Below are positions 12,822-25,644 of a DNA stretch of 64,000 bases, piece by piece; position 1 is the first letter of the stretch; every line of letters begins with the position of its first letter. The DNA comes from Vicugna vicugna. Lineage: Eukaryota. Under the pieces are notes generated by a model. That model was given only the letters and a program-made list of their open reading frames with translations, was not told the origin of the DNA and made no database searches. The stretch lies in assembly GCA_013265495.1 (NCBI GenBank), contig MU057744.1:808001-872000 (forward strand). Reading direction: 5' to 3'. The position numbers and the translations under genes are program-made.

Positions 12822-13024
12822 TTTTAAATATATAAACATTTTATGGAGTTATAGTCATTTTACAATGTTGTAAAATTCCAGGGTAGAGCACAATTTTTCA
12901 GTTATACATGAACATACATACATTCATTGTCACATTCTCTTTCGCTGTGAGCCACCACAAGATCCTGTATATATTTCCCTGTGCTACACAGTACAATCTT
13001 GTTTATCTATTCTACATTTCAAAA
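12822..13024 (-). mobile_element. Young L1 3' end
   Basis: Perfect 13-bp TSD ttccatatttctt at 12809-12821 and 13025-13037. Confidence 0.88.
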
Positions 13025-13143
13025 TTCCATATTTCTTCTTACAAGAGGTTTTCCAAGTCGGCTATGAGTCGGAGAACAGGATACAGAATTTCAATTTTGT
13101 CCATCTTATCAAATTCACGCACGGCATGTAAAAACAGCAACTC

Positions 13144-13158
13144 CCACCAGATGGCGCC
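13144..13158 (+). promoter_or_regulatory. Strong CTCF motif CCACCAGATGGCGCC
   Basis: Full match to the CTCF core CCASYAGRKGGCRS. Occupancy unknown. Confidence 0.65.
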
Positions 13159-15044
13159 AAAGCCCGTCTTATTCTCCGCCTTCCTCGCTCTTTACTGATT
13201 CACAGCACATCTACCCTCAAGAAAGTCAAGTTTCTTAATCAGCAGAGACCAATTCTAGTGAAGATCCACAGGAGAAGATCCCCCGTGATCTGCTTAAGGG
13301 GGAAAAACATCCCCAAGAGTTGTAGCCTTGGTTGGGGTAACCAGCAACTTCCAGGATTCCAGGTTGTAGTGGGACATTCCGCAGCTGGGAAGCAATGGAG
13401 TGTCATGGGTTTAGGGGGTCAAAGTCAAGCTCTTTCTCTTCCTGACCACCTGGCCCTCACTACTTGAGCCTCAGTTTCTGTCTTTCTCTAATGGGACTAA
13501 AATCTTACTTAGTTACAGAGCATTTGTGAAGCTCCAAGGAGATGGGTTTACGCAAAATGCTATGTAAATCAGGATGAATTTAACCAACGCAACAGAGGCA
13601 ACCTGTAAAATCTGTAGCGAGATGATGATGGTGCCTATCTCATCCCAGTTTTATGAGGAACACATAAGATAACGCATGTTTATTCATTTTTGTCACTTAT
13701 TCAAGAATGTTTATCAGTGATTCCTATATGCTAGACACTGCTAGCTGGGCATAAGGGAAGATATAAACCCCCTTTGTAGATTATAAAGCTTTTATGTAAA
13801 AAGTCCTTTGTAAATTAGAAGGCTTCATACTTTTTTTCCTCTCAACTTTCTTCATCTCTTCCAGCCTGGACACACCCACATTTGCAATGTAACAGCTCCT
13901 GCGACTAATCTTACACTCTGATGCTTGGCTTAAACTGTAATTCCTGGCAGCCAAAGAACAAAAAAAATTATGGTCAAAAAATACCCTGGAAATATTTTGT
14001 TGACTGAAAAAAAGGTAGTCACAAAATTTAGACAAAATTGTCTATCTATGAATCTGGGAGAACCCACAGTAAGACGTCCACAGTAGCTTTCTCTAGGTGG
14101 TAAGACTGGTGATGCCGACTCTCCCGCTCAGATGTAATTTTCACTTTTTCTGCAAAAATATTACCTATGTGATTTTTGAGATAAAAGTAAATAAATAAAA
14201 ATGTTCATTTAGCTATTGATTTTATAGAATTCTAAGCGTGGATTTGAAAGAGGCCTTGGAGATGATTATAGACAAGGAAACAGGTTCAGGAGATGGAATA
14301 ACTGAACCAGTGGGACTTCCTTCCTGAAATTTGATATTTTCTTTCCTTCTCTCTTTCCAAATGCGTCTGCAGAGCTTTGGGTTATTAGCCTAAACCCATA
14401 TGCTCTGTAATTAGAGTCCCATCCTTAATTATCTTTCTCACTTCTTGATGTCTCTACTTACTCCAGGAGGCTACCATCTTGTCTTTGGCTCGTTTCTTTT
14501 TTAATGCCTGACCGCTTGGTTTCTTTCACGTTTCTCTTTGAAAGATACCTGAGGTTAAATACGCATTTTACCCCAATCAGCGGCCTCTTTAATTACATTC
14601 TCCCCTTTGCTTTCTGGTCTCTACCAACTAATTTTCTCAGAGACTTCCAAGGGTGAATCGTAATTCCTTAAAGCCATCGTTCCTGGAATCAGAATTTCCC
14701 TGTTTGTTGTTGGTGCAGCCTGAAGTCAGAGTCTTTCACACAGAGTGACAGTATTATTTAGCACAAGGGCTTTTGCCCTCTGGGCCTCAGTGTTTCCATC
14801 TGCCAAGTGGATGTTTTCTTATCTCATTTGACGACTATCATTTGCGGAAACATCTGGGGCAATCTGAAGCCCTTCTAGCCTCAGCAGACAGACCCCTGAC
14901 TCCTTAGAGGACACATAAGTGACCATACCTGGGGCCAGAGGTTGTCACAGAAGCCAGAGTGTCAGAGTTGCCTCCCAAGACCTGGAGGCTTAGACTGTAT
15001 GAGTGGAAAGCTCGCAGGGGCAGAGGCAAATGTCAGAGCTCTTT

Positions 15045-15113
15045 TTAATTTTTTTCTTTTTTTAATTGAAGTATAATCAGTTTTCAACGTCGTGTTCATT
15101 TCTGGTGTACAGG
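15045..15113 (-). mobile_element. Very short 5'-truncated L1
   Basis: Perfect 13-bp TSD gtcagagctcttt at 15032-15044 and 15114-15126. Confidence 0.82.
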
Positions 15114-15312
15114 GTCAGAGCTCTTTGTAAAAATATAGTCCTTTCTGTGACCCATGTCCCATACCCAGTTATCCTGCTCAGGGCACCCATGGCTAGTGGG
15201 ATTGGCCCCTTGCCTGTGGCCGCTTAGAACAGTGCCCATCACAAGACTTAAAACACACACCCCGTGAGTGAATTGCTGTGCACATCCAGGTTGTCCTCTG
15301 AGAGTCGGGGGT

Positions 15313-15620
15313 AGGCTGTCCAGAAGGAATACAGTTCAGGCCACAAAGGGGAGCCCAGAGGTAATTCAAAGTTCATTTTAAAATATGGCAATAAAGTTTT
15401 AATAATACACTTGATTTAACCCAGCATATCCTAAATATGATCATTTCCACATGGAATCAACAGTCAGAATGATTACTGAGATGCTTTACTTTCTTTGGCT
15501 CCTCCAAGTCTTTGAAATCCCGTGTGTGTTCCACACAGAGCACAGCTGAATTTCAGGCAGCTGCATTTCAAGTGCTCAGCAGGTACACGTGGCCAGCGGC
15601 CACCTCGCGGGAAAGCACAG
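15313..15620. mobile_element. MER33-like hAT-Charlie
   Basis: tttaacccagcatatcctaaatatgatcatttc...aagtctttgaaatcc...catttcaagtgctcagcaggtacacgtggc. Confidence 0.75.
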
Positions 15621-16384
15621 ATCTAGGTGTTCCGATGGGACTTGCCAAGGCTTATAGGATGCAGAAGATTCTAAAGTCAAGTCATGCCTGGAACTTCCAA
15701 GCAGACTTACTCTCCTGGTTAAGGATGTCCACTATGTGGAATTGGATGCAGGGAGTGAGATTTCATTATGCATCTGGCCTCATTAACATGTGCAATTGTT
15801 TTGGTACATAATTCAATGTAATTCAGCTCCCAGCATCCCTATGAATAAGAGGACGCTCATTTTACAGATGAGGAAAATGAAACTCAGATGGTCTGGGTGG
15901 CTCCCCAAAGGGTCCCCACTGAGCAACTGGGGGGTGGGGTGGGGGACAAGATGCAAGCCCTGGTCTGTCTGGTGCCACAGCGTCATGTTGCCCCGTTTTC
16001 CCACCACACGATGTCCGGGATGACAAGTGGGTCAGAGGCTGCAGCGGGGAGGTGTCGAGGGCGGCCCTTTGGGGACCACTCTTGCTCCAGGTGGCTGGAC
16101 CCTGGCGGGCAGAGAGCTGCGGAGGAGTCAGCTGTGGGCACAGCATTAAAGGCTCCTGCCCTCAGGGTGGTGGGATCTTAAGCAGGTGATTGACGCAAAG
16201 AGATTTGCTGTTTAGATGGTGCCACACCCTGGCTGCAGAAGGGAGAGAAAATAAGAGGCCTGGCCCAGGGGCATTTCTTTCCCTGTTTAACGTCAAGTCT
16301 AGCCCCCAGCTTAGGACCTGGCCCGGACAGCACAGCGGAGCCAGGGCTCCAAGCGGCTCTGTGCCCGGGCCCCCGGAAAAACCT

Positions 16385-17030
16385 AAACTCGAGTTCTAGC
16401 TTTGCTGTCTGCTAGCTGCGCCACCGCGGCCAAGCCTCAGTTTCTGCATCTGTGAAGTGGGAGACACGCAAGTGCCCACCCGATCGAGCTGTTGCGAGGA
16501 TTACAGAGGGGACGCTGGGCGGGGCTTAGCAGAGCAGCCGGTAGGTGGACGGCTGGGTCGATGGTGCCGCGCGGTGTGACGGCCACGGCGAGGGCCCGGG
16601 ACCGCGGGGGGCGGGGGGCGGCAGGTGGCCTCCGAGGGCCTTGCTCTGCCCCGTGCACTTGAGCACGTGGCCAGGTTCAGACTCCGGCTCCGTGACTCAG
16701 TATTTATTCCGAAGTATCCTGAGGACCACGCCAGGCGGTGCGGAGGGACGGCTGCGCCTCCCCCCGCGCGGTTCACGGTCCAGCGCGGAGGACAGCGCTG
16801 CACGACGCAGAGCAACTCTGCCGAGCGTTTCTGGGGGCCCCGCTCGGGCCGGAGGTGAAGAAAGACTTGCTAGGCGGCTTTGCTTCCTTGGGCTGCAGTG
16901 AAAAATGACCGCAGACTGGGGGGCTTGAAGCCACGGCAGTTTATTCTCTCCCAGCGCTGGGGTCCGGAAGCAAGGCGTCCGCGGGGCCAGGCGCCCCCCG
17001 AGGCTCGGGGGACGCTCCCCCTTCCGGGCA
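16385..17030. mobile_element. GC-shifted MIR (16385-16540), L2 end (16690-16830) and MLT1 LTR (16870-17030) inside an orphan CpG island
   Basis: Recognisable cores gcctcagtttctgcatctgtgaagtggg, cagtatttatt and gcagtttattctctcccagcgctgg. Confidence 0.6.
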
Positions 17031-17465
17031 CCGTGCACCTGCGTCCCGTCACCGGGTGAGGGCGCTGGGCTCGCGCAGGCGGGGCGACTCGGCGGCCCCG
17101 GGGGCTCCTCCCCGTGCCCCCCTCGCCCGTGGCTCTGCCTTCTCTCCCTCTTCTACCGAATGTCACCCAGTGCGAAGTTTAAATACATTTTTACCCGTTT
17201 TTGCACTCGGTGGAAAAAAAAAAATCATCGCATCCTCCTCTAACAATCTGGTGAGCGACAAGGTTTTTCAGCCCTGCAGTCTCCCGCTCAGCTTTCAGAA
17301 GAGCTTCTCCAGAATCTCCAGCACCGCCTGCGGTTGCTCCGAAGGGATCAGGAGCCTCAGAGGCAGGAATTCCGCTTCTGAGAACCTGCTGCCAGGACAG
17401 ACGAAGACGCTCATCACGTCGAAGGGAAATTTTTTTAAGAAATGCATTTTATCTTATTTGTATTT

Positions 17466-17846
17466 TTTAACATTTTTTATTGATTTGTAATCATTTTACA
17501 GTGTTGTGTCAAATTCCAGTGTTCAGCACAATTTTTCAGTCATTCATGGACATATACACACTCGTCACATTTTTTTCTCTGTGATTTATCATAACATTTT
17601 GTGTATATTTCCCTGTGCTATACTGTGTAATCTTGTTAAACTATTCTACAATTTTGAAATCCCAGTCTATCCCTTCCCACCCTCTACCCCCCTGGTAACC
17701 ACAAGTCTGTATTCTCTGTCCATGAGTCTATTTCTGTCCTGTATTTATGCTTTGTTTTTGTTTGTTTGTTTGTTTTTGTTTTTGTTTTTTAGATTCCACA
17801 TATGAGCGATCTCATATGGTATTTTTCTTTCTCTTTCTGGCTTACT
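17466..17846 (-). mobile_element. Young L1 3' end
   Basis: Poly-T, 3'UTR and agattccacatatgagcgatctcatatggtatttttc, flanked by a ttgtattt duplication. Confidence 0.9.
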
Positions 17847-20800
17847 TGTATTTATTTATTTATAAAAGAAGCGCATGTTCTCTTCTAGAGCAGCTATATT
17901 GAGTTCTGGCTGACGTAAGGTGAACGGCATACAGTTGATAAGTTTTGCGGTGTGTATAAATCTGTCATCGTGGAGGGTAACATCTTGCAACTTAGTTTTT
18001 TCTGCTTTGTAATGCAACATGCACGTTTTGTCGAGTCATGGAGTTTTATTTTAGAAAGTTATTTTAATGACTTCAGAGGGTCCTATTATATGCTACAGAA
18101 CCTGTAATATTGAAAAGAAAAGATAATTGAAATATCCAAGAATAGAGAATTGGTTGAAAGAATCGTGGTCTGTTCTTAACGTGGAATACCACGTGGCCAG
18201 CAGCCTCTGAAAATCACTTTGTGGAATAGTTATTGACTTGAAAAAATGTTCAGAATAGGTTTCTAAGAAAAAATGTATATATACGCATATGTTCATGTGT
18301 GCATAAGAAAAGACCAAAAAAATTTTTAAATAGGCCTGAATGTTAACAGTGGTTATCTAAGTGGAGAGATTAAAGTAGCTTTTTCTCTGTTTCTGTATTT
18401 TTTCTATGTTTGCTGCCTAGAACCATCATGATTTTAAAAAGCAAAGACATTTCATTTTTCTCTGAAAACTAAAAACAACTTTTGAAAGTCCCAAAGCGTA
18501 ATTTTTACATGCATAAAATAGGACAGTATACAGTCATTTAAAATAACGTTTAAAAAGAATATTCCATGAGAAGAGAATATATTCATGTTATATTTAGGGG
18601 AAGAAACAGTTTACAGAATAATGCCGCTTAATTTAAAGGGCACTGAAAATAGACTATCAATAAATATGCGAAAGTATCTCTAGACTGTCGGATTACCGGC
18701 AACTTGTCTTTGCTTTGTTCTTCTGTCCTGCATTTTCCAGATGTTCCACCATGAATACGGATAGCAACAAGGGTAAGAAGCTATGTAAACATCAGGCTAT
18801 AAAGTTCAGTGAAACAATGGTTAATTTGTAGTTTATTTTATAGTCTGCTGTAGTTTCCAAGTTCTTCTCAATGAAAATGAAAATGGTTTTGAATGGTCCT
18901 CATTACTGTAATACAAAGTCATAAGATCGGGGGGGCGCTAATGATGACATACCTCATGACTGTTTAACATGCCGTGTTGCACCCAGTTTTCATGTATCGT
19001 TTCCCCTCTGATGCTCAGAGCGGCCCTGTGAACAGGGGAAAACAGGGTACTGCTCCTGGGAAGATGCTGTCATTCACGTCTTGCAGGATTTAGGAGGAGT
19101 TGCCTGACGGGGAGGGAGGCTGGCGTCCTCTCCTGAGCTTTCTCAGCATCTTAGACTTCCAGAGGCCAGCACGTGCCTCTCCCTCTAAACCTTCTAAAGA
19201 AACAAACAAAATTTGCACAAAATGCAGTCACTTTCTGTAAACTTTTTTTTAACTTAAAAAAATTGTAGCAAGATGTCCGTAACACGAAGTTTACCATTTT
19301 AACCATCTTTAAGCGCAGCGGCATTAAGTGCATCGGCATTACTGTGTGCCTTCACTACACTGTAACATGTGCTGTCTCTGGCCAGGTAAGGGAACCGAGG
19401 CTTTCTTCGTCTCTGCTCATCTCCCTTCCTGGTTCCTCCTTAATCCTTGAAGCCAGGCTTCTGCCCACGACGGCCCTAGAGCTGGTCCCGTGAAGGCTGT
19501 CAGCCCTTCCATGGTGGCCATGTCTCAGGGACTGCCCCTGGTCCTGTCTGACTTCTGGGCTGTATCCCCGGACAATCCTGTTTTCCAGGCCCTCCAGCAA
19601 ATTTTCTCCTCCTGCTATTTCTGTAACACCCGCTCCCTTAGGTTTCCTCCCTCCTCTTGGGCCTTCTGGCTTCTCCCCTTGGGGGCTCAGAAATTCACCT
19701 CCACCCCCTAGATTGTTGCCAGAAACCTTATAGCTGGTTTCCCTGCCTCTGGGTTGCCCTTTCAACCAGTGTGATCTTTGTAAGGGGGAAACCGGATCCT
19801 GCCCTCAAGTCTACAAGTGTGGCTTGAATTAATAGGATAAACTCTCACCTCCTTAGGTAGACAGAGAATGCTCCTTGTAATCTGGCCTCCGGTGACCTCT
19901 AACACCATCCTTACCCTCACCCCTTTAGAGGCTGCAGGATAGGACCCCTTGTATTTCCAGGGTTGCAAAACTAGGCTACCTCATATCTCAGTAAATCCAC
20001 ACAGGTGGTTGCTCTATTCAGGAACTTACGTTATAATTGCCGGTGCATCGCCAGCTCTAGGGCAAGCCCCTGGAGAGCAGGGATCTTGCTTGCCCCCTTT
20101 ATAGCTCAGTGTTTTGTATATAATCAGTTCTATTTGGACAGTAAACAAATAAATACAAGCAACTCTAGGAGACAGGCTGATGTCTTGATGGAGATCTCAG
20201 AATCATTAAGGGAAGCTGGGTCTAGAAAGTCCTGGCCCTTCCCACTACTTATACATCCTTACTCCTGCGGGGTCTCCCAGGGATGGCAGGATGCTGAGAG
20301 GAAAAGGAAGCATCTGCATGGTCCTGGGGGAAAAAAATAAGAAAACAGTCAAGGCTGTAGTCCTCTACTAGGGTAGAAAGACTGACTCAGAAAGCACTTA
20401 AGCTCCCCAAACTGTAGTGTAATTACAGCTGGTGTTAGCCACTCTGCGGTGATGGAGAAGTCCAGTGATGGAGGGGGCTCCTCTCGTGCCCCTGCTGAGT
20501 GTCCCCAAGGAGAAGCAGGTGGTGTCTGTGCCTGGGGTCACCCTGTCCCCCCTCCCCAGGCCGGGGGGGGGCCCTGTCTGCCTCCTGATCTCAGCCCACC
20601 AGCGCTTGCTAATTCACGTGAGCTCGCACAGGACAGAGAGGCAGAGCCGTGCAGCTGAAAGAGACTTTGTCCACATCAGAATCCTTGAGTTCTGGTTTTT
20701 TCTGGATCAGTCCACTAACTGGCCGTGTGACTTCGTAAATACCCTGGAGGCTTATTCATGTGTAAAACAAAGGGTGTTTAGATCTCTTTCAACTCTAAAA

Positions 20801-22012
20801 TTCGGAAAGGGGGGAACATTTGCGCTGTAGATTGCTCCACGCTTTTAAGGATGGACAGACCCACATTTCCCAAGGTGCCCCACTGTGCCAGCGGGCAGGA
20901 CGGCCCTCCCCTCACCCGGGACCCAGGCCTCAGAGAAATGCCCGGGTCACTGGACCAGCTTCTCCGGAAGAAATAACGGTCGTCCTGCTCTTGGGTTTAA
21001 TGATCCTCACATGTTATGCTCTGAAGTAAATGATGTGTTTGATATTTGTGTGAAACAGAGCCTGCTCGGGGTTCCCTGAGAGATGGCTGTGCTGAGTGAG
21101 GTCTGGTCCTGAGCCACTGCCCAGAAGGAAGCTGGAGGCGGTGGGGGGGGGGGAGAGAGAGGGAAAGAGCGGGTGGGAGGGAGGGAGGAGAGGACGAAGA
21201 GGAAGAGGAGGGGAAGGGACGGGGAGAGAAAAGAGGTGATTTCCTGTTCAAACCTCTCCTATCATTTAGTCAAGACTGTTAATCAGGGGCACGGGTCTGG
21301 AAGCTGCTTATTTCCAGCAGACACTGGAAATCCACCATGTGCTGCCCCTGGGAGAGGGTCCACCCCGTCCTGGACGACTACGAGGCACTGGCATGTCACT
21401 GCCCAAAGGCCTGCATAGAGCTTACTTCATTCATATTCCCAAACACATGAGGGGTTAAAAAAAAAAGGTTTAATTTCCAGATTGGGAAGCTGAGGGTCAG
21501 AGAGAGAAAAATAACTTTTCAACGTCACCCAGTGGCACACGAGGAGCCGGATTCAAAGGCACTTCTGACCCCAGGACCACCTTCTGCCTCAGTTCCCCGC
21601 CCACCAGGTCTTCTCCATTTCTCCATCCACCCAGTTCCCACCCGTCTGCTTTACCCTCCAATCCCCCGGCTACTCTCTGGTTGTTCCATGGGTTGCGTTC
21701 CCCTTTCTAACCAGGTGGTGCAGCTCTCGAAATCAAGTAACATGCACACGTGGGGAAGGGCCGGACCAGCCGAGCGCCCGCACCCCTGCTCACAGGTCCC
21801 AGGGTCGGGCTGGTGGGGTGGCTCTTCTCCCTGCGTCCCCAGCTGCCTTCTCTCCCACAGCCGTCCTCCTGTTTCATGGCTCTTTGGATCTCAGCTGTTC
21901 CACCCACCAGAGCCTTCTCTGGCTGCCCAGTCTCGAGGGTAATCCCTGGTTATCCCCTCCCATGGTCCGTCTGTCTGCCTCTTCTCATTTTTCTATACAT
22001 GTATTGTTCTTT

Positions 22013-22140
22013 ATTTGGGGGGCGGTAATTAGGCTTATTTATTTATTTTTAGAGGAGATCCCGGGGGATTCAACCCAGGGCCTCATGCATGCTTGGCGTC
22101 AAGCCTGCGCCCTACCACTTGAGCTGTACCCTCCCCGCCC
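22013..22140 (-). mobile_element. tRNA-derived SINE (vic-1-type)
   Basis: Reverse A and B boxes, taattagg tail, TSD tgttcttt at 22005-22012 and 22141-22148. Confidence 0.85.
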
Positions 22141-22280
22141 TGTTCTTTGTCGACGATGTTGTACAAACCAGAGTTCTCAGCCACTTCCCTATGGCCTGTT
22201 CTTTCCCAGGCGTCTATGAGTGATACATGCGAATAAACCTGTTTGGTTTTGTCTTATTAATGTCTTTTGATTACACAGTG
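22141..22280 (+). mobile_element. Probable ERV1-type LTR R/U5 fragment
   Basis: accagagttctcagccacttccc...aataaacctgtttggttttgtcttattaatgtcttttg resembles MER34/MER39-like LTR ends. Confidence 0.4.
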
Positions 22281-22508
22281 CCATCTGAGCACCTGTGATG
22301 GGCAGAAGGAAGGTTTCTGCCTGCCCTCCAGCATGTCCTGATTGTTTGAGAGGGGACGTCTGCATGCTCTCTGTCCCTGGTGGTTTGTCCCTCACTCCCT
22401 GGAGTCGACTGAGCAGCATCAAGTTGCTTAAAATGTGCTACTGTGGAGTCACGTGGGATTCAGACGGAGACCAAGCCCGTGAGGAAGCACGTGGTTAAGA
22501 TGCCACTG

Positions 22509-22675
22509 CATAAAAAATCGATTTCTTCTGTACAGCACAAGGAACTATATTCAATACCTTATAACAACCTTTAATGAAAAATATGAAAATGAGTGTACAT
22601 GTATGTATGGCTGAGACACTGTGCTGTACACCAGAAACTGACACATTATAACTGACTGTACTTCAGGAAAAAAAA
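22509..22675 (+). mobile_element. L1 3' end
   Basis: TSD aagatgcca(c/t)tg at 22497-22508 and 22676-22687, with poly-A. Confidence 0.85.
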
Positions 22676-23281
22676 AAGATGCCATTGAAGAGCGGTCACT
22701 TTGTTCTCACTGAAGCGGAATGGAGCTGGCTGCCCCACTGGCCCGGGCTCGCCGCCCTCTCTGGGCTGACCAGAGTCCAGCAGCTGGCTGCACATTAAAG
22801 GCGAGCAGGTGGGTGGGAGATGGCGGCTCTGTGAAACCGTGGCTACACAGCCCGTGAAATCGGCCGCGATCTCGCCCCAGGCTGGTGGGGCTGGATCATC
22901 ACTGGCTCTCTGCGCAGCCTCGTGTGATGTCTCAGAGCTAAACACGGGGCTTCGAGGGCCAGCTCTGCCTGCAGTGAGCTGTGTGCCTTTAGGGAAGTCC
23001 CCTAACCTCTGAGCCTCTCGTCACTCATTAGCCAGAGAGAGCAATGTTGTAAATTAATGGGGGCATGCTTAGGAAGGAATGAAATGCTGGGTGTGAAAGT
23101 GTTTTATCCCAACCCCTTACAAGTGGTTGTGGTTGGTTAGTTTGGTTTGGTTTTCCTCAAGCCTGTTTAATTCCATCACAGGCCCTCTCAGCCCTACCTG
23201 CTCGTGCTCCGGCCTCTGGGGTAGTCCCACGCCTGCTCGCTGTCGCCCTCACACCCCCTCTACTCTGCTGTTTACCAGATC

Positions 23282-24220
23282 TTTTTCTTTTTCAATTTTA
23301 AAGATATTTTAATTGAAGTATAGTCAAGACAATGCTGTGTCAATTTCTGGTGTGCAACACAGTGCTTGTCATACATGAATATATATATATTAATTTCATA
23401 TTCTTTTTCACCGTAAGTTACTACAAGATGTTGAACATAGTTCCCTGCACTGTACAGTATGAAACTGCTGTTTATCTGTTTTATATGTAGTAGTGAGTAT
23501 CTGCAAATCTCAAACTCCCAGTTTATTCCTTCCCAATCCCTTCCCCCTCTGTAACCACAAGTTTTTCAATGTCTGTGAGTCTGCTTCTGTTTTGTCAATT
23601 TTTGTAAATAAGTTTGTTCATCTTTTTCTTTTCTAGATTCCACATATAAGTGATATCACATGGTATTTTCCTTTCTCTTTCTGGCTCACTTCACTTAGAA
23701 TGACAGCCTCCAGGTCCATCCATGTTGCTGCAAATGGTATTATTTTATTCCTTTTTATAGCTGAGTAGTATTCCACTATATATATACACCACAACTTCTT
23801 TTTTTTTTTTTACACCATATCTTCTTTATCCAGTCATCCATCAATGGACATTTAGGCTGTTTCCATGTCTTGCTATTCTAAATAGTGCTGCTGTGAACAC
23901 TGGGGTGCATGTATCTTTTTGAATTAAGGTTCCCTCTGGATATACGCCCAGGAGTGGAATTGCTGGGTCATAGGGTAAGTTTATTTTCAGTTTTTTGAGG
24001 AGTCTGCATACTGTTTTCCATAGTGGCTGCACCAAACTGCATTCCCACCAGCAGTGGAGGAGGGTTCCCTTTTCCACAGCCTCTCCAGCATTTATCATTT
24101 GTGGACTTTTGAATGATGGCCATTCTGACTGGTGTGAGGTGAACCTCACTGTAGTTTTGATTTGCATTTCTCTGATACTTAGCAGTACTGAGCACTTTTT
24201 CATGTGCCTGTTGGGCCATT
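23282..24220 (-). mobile_element. L1 with ORF2 C-terminal remnant
   Basis: ORF 23841..24203 reads IREMQIKTT...LLHCWWEC.LVQPLWK...[11 protein letters not shown], the L1 ORF2 cysteine-rich C-terminus. Confidence 0.95.
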
Positions 24221-24221
24221 G

Positions 24222-24287
24222 AATTTTTTTAACGGAGGTACTGGGGATTAAACCCTACCTCTCTACCACTGAGCTACACATCCCCCC
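24222..24287 (-). mobile_element. Internally deleted vic-1-type SINE abutting the L1 5' end
   Basis: ctggggattaaaccc...ctctaccactgagcta, lacking about 20 nt between the boxes compared with other copies. Confidence 0.75.
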
Positions 24288-25098
24288 AAACTTTCTTTTT
24301 TTGTTCACAAGCCTACTTCCCACTTGTCTCTCAAACCCTCCCCAACTCTAAACACATCTTCCCCTTTCATCTTCCTCTTGGGACTCTCCGTCCTGGCACT
24401 GGGCAATGACACAGCTCCTAAGTGCCACCTGCTGCTGAGTCACTTTTGTGACAACCGGGAACCAGAAGGGAGGCGCCGGGTGGCCGGCACGTTCCCTGCA
24501 TCTCTAAGGTCGGGATGGCTCTGGTCCACCCTCGCCCTCGCTAACTTGTCAGCACGGCACCACTTCCCACTCCCCGGTCCCTGCCGGGGCGCCTCCAGAT
24601 CCACGGCTGAGTGCGTGAATGCATTATTGTATTTCGTTTTCACAGTAGCCCTGTGAGGGTGATGGCTTCGTCTGGTCTCAGCAAGGCCGTGTTCAGGTCA
24701 GGGAGGCACAGCACTTGTCCGCCCCAGACAGAGCCCAGAATGACCTATTTCTTGCCTTAGCAGCTCAGTCCCGGGCGTGCCAAGGGCCTAATCCTGCTCA
24801 AGGGGCCCCGTGTGTCTGGCTCGGCCACCTCCTCAGCTGGCTGTGTGCCCTGAGCGGGCGGGGGCCCTCCCCAAGCTCTGAACTTGGTCGTTGAGCTTGT
24901 TCCCACGGCCTGACGCGCTGAGGCAGCACTTGCTGGTCAGGCCGAGGCCACTGCAGCCACCAGCACTCTTACCATAAGCAGAGGGGAGCAGCCGCGCACC
25001 CCACTGGCCCCCAAACTGCCTCTCCACACCCGTGACCGCACCTCTCCCCGGTCATCGGAGCCCCTCCCCAGGCTTCCCTACCTCCTCCGTGCAGTTGG

Positions 25099-25463
25099 TG
25101 CCACTGAGAACTGATTTGTGTCCTCCTAAAACCCACAGGTCGAAGCCTGAAGCCGTGTGATGGCATTTGGAGGTGGGGCCTTAGGGAGACAATTAGGTTT
25201 AGGTGAGGTTATGAGGGTGGGGCCCCCGTGATGGGGTTGGCGCCCTGGTCAGAAGAGACACCAGAGAGCTCACTGTCTCCCCACCACGCGAGGACATGGA
25301 GAAGACGGCCACATAGAAACCAGGAAGAGGGCCTCCCTGGAACTCTGCCAGGCAGGCACCCTGATCGTGGACGTCCAGCCTCTGGACTGGGAGAAGTAAA
25401 TTTCTGTCATTTAAGGCACCAGTCTGAAGTACCGCGTTATGGCAGCTCTCACAACGTAATACG
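25099..25463 (+). mobile_element. MLT1A-like MaLR solo LTR
   Basis: tgtgatggcatttggaggtggggcctt...gagggtggggccc...aaccaggaagagggcc...aaatttctgtcatttaag...ttatggcagc. Confidence 0.85.
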
Positions 25464-25545
25464 GTTTGTTTCCTTATTCTCAGTGCAAAACGAGATATTG
25501 AACGTGATTACTGTTGGAATTACTATTCCAGGTGCTGATTTCACA

Positions 25546-25644
25546 TTTTTTTAAACTTATTTTTTAGAGGAAGGACTGGGGATTGAACTTAGGACCTCGT
25601 GCATGCTGAGCACGCGCTCTACCACTGAGCTCTCCCCTCCCTCC
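25546..25644 (-). mobile_element. tRNA-derived SINE (vic-1-type)
   Basis: gggattgaacttaggacctcgtgcatgctgagcacgcgctctaccactgagct. Confidence 0.87.
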
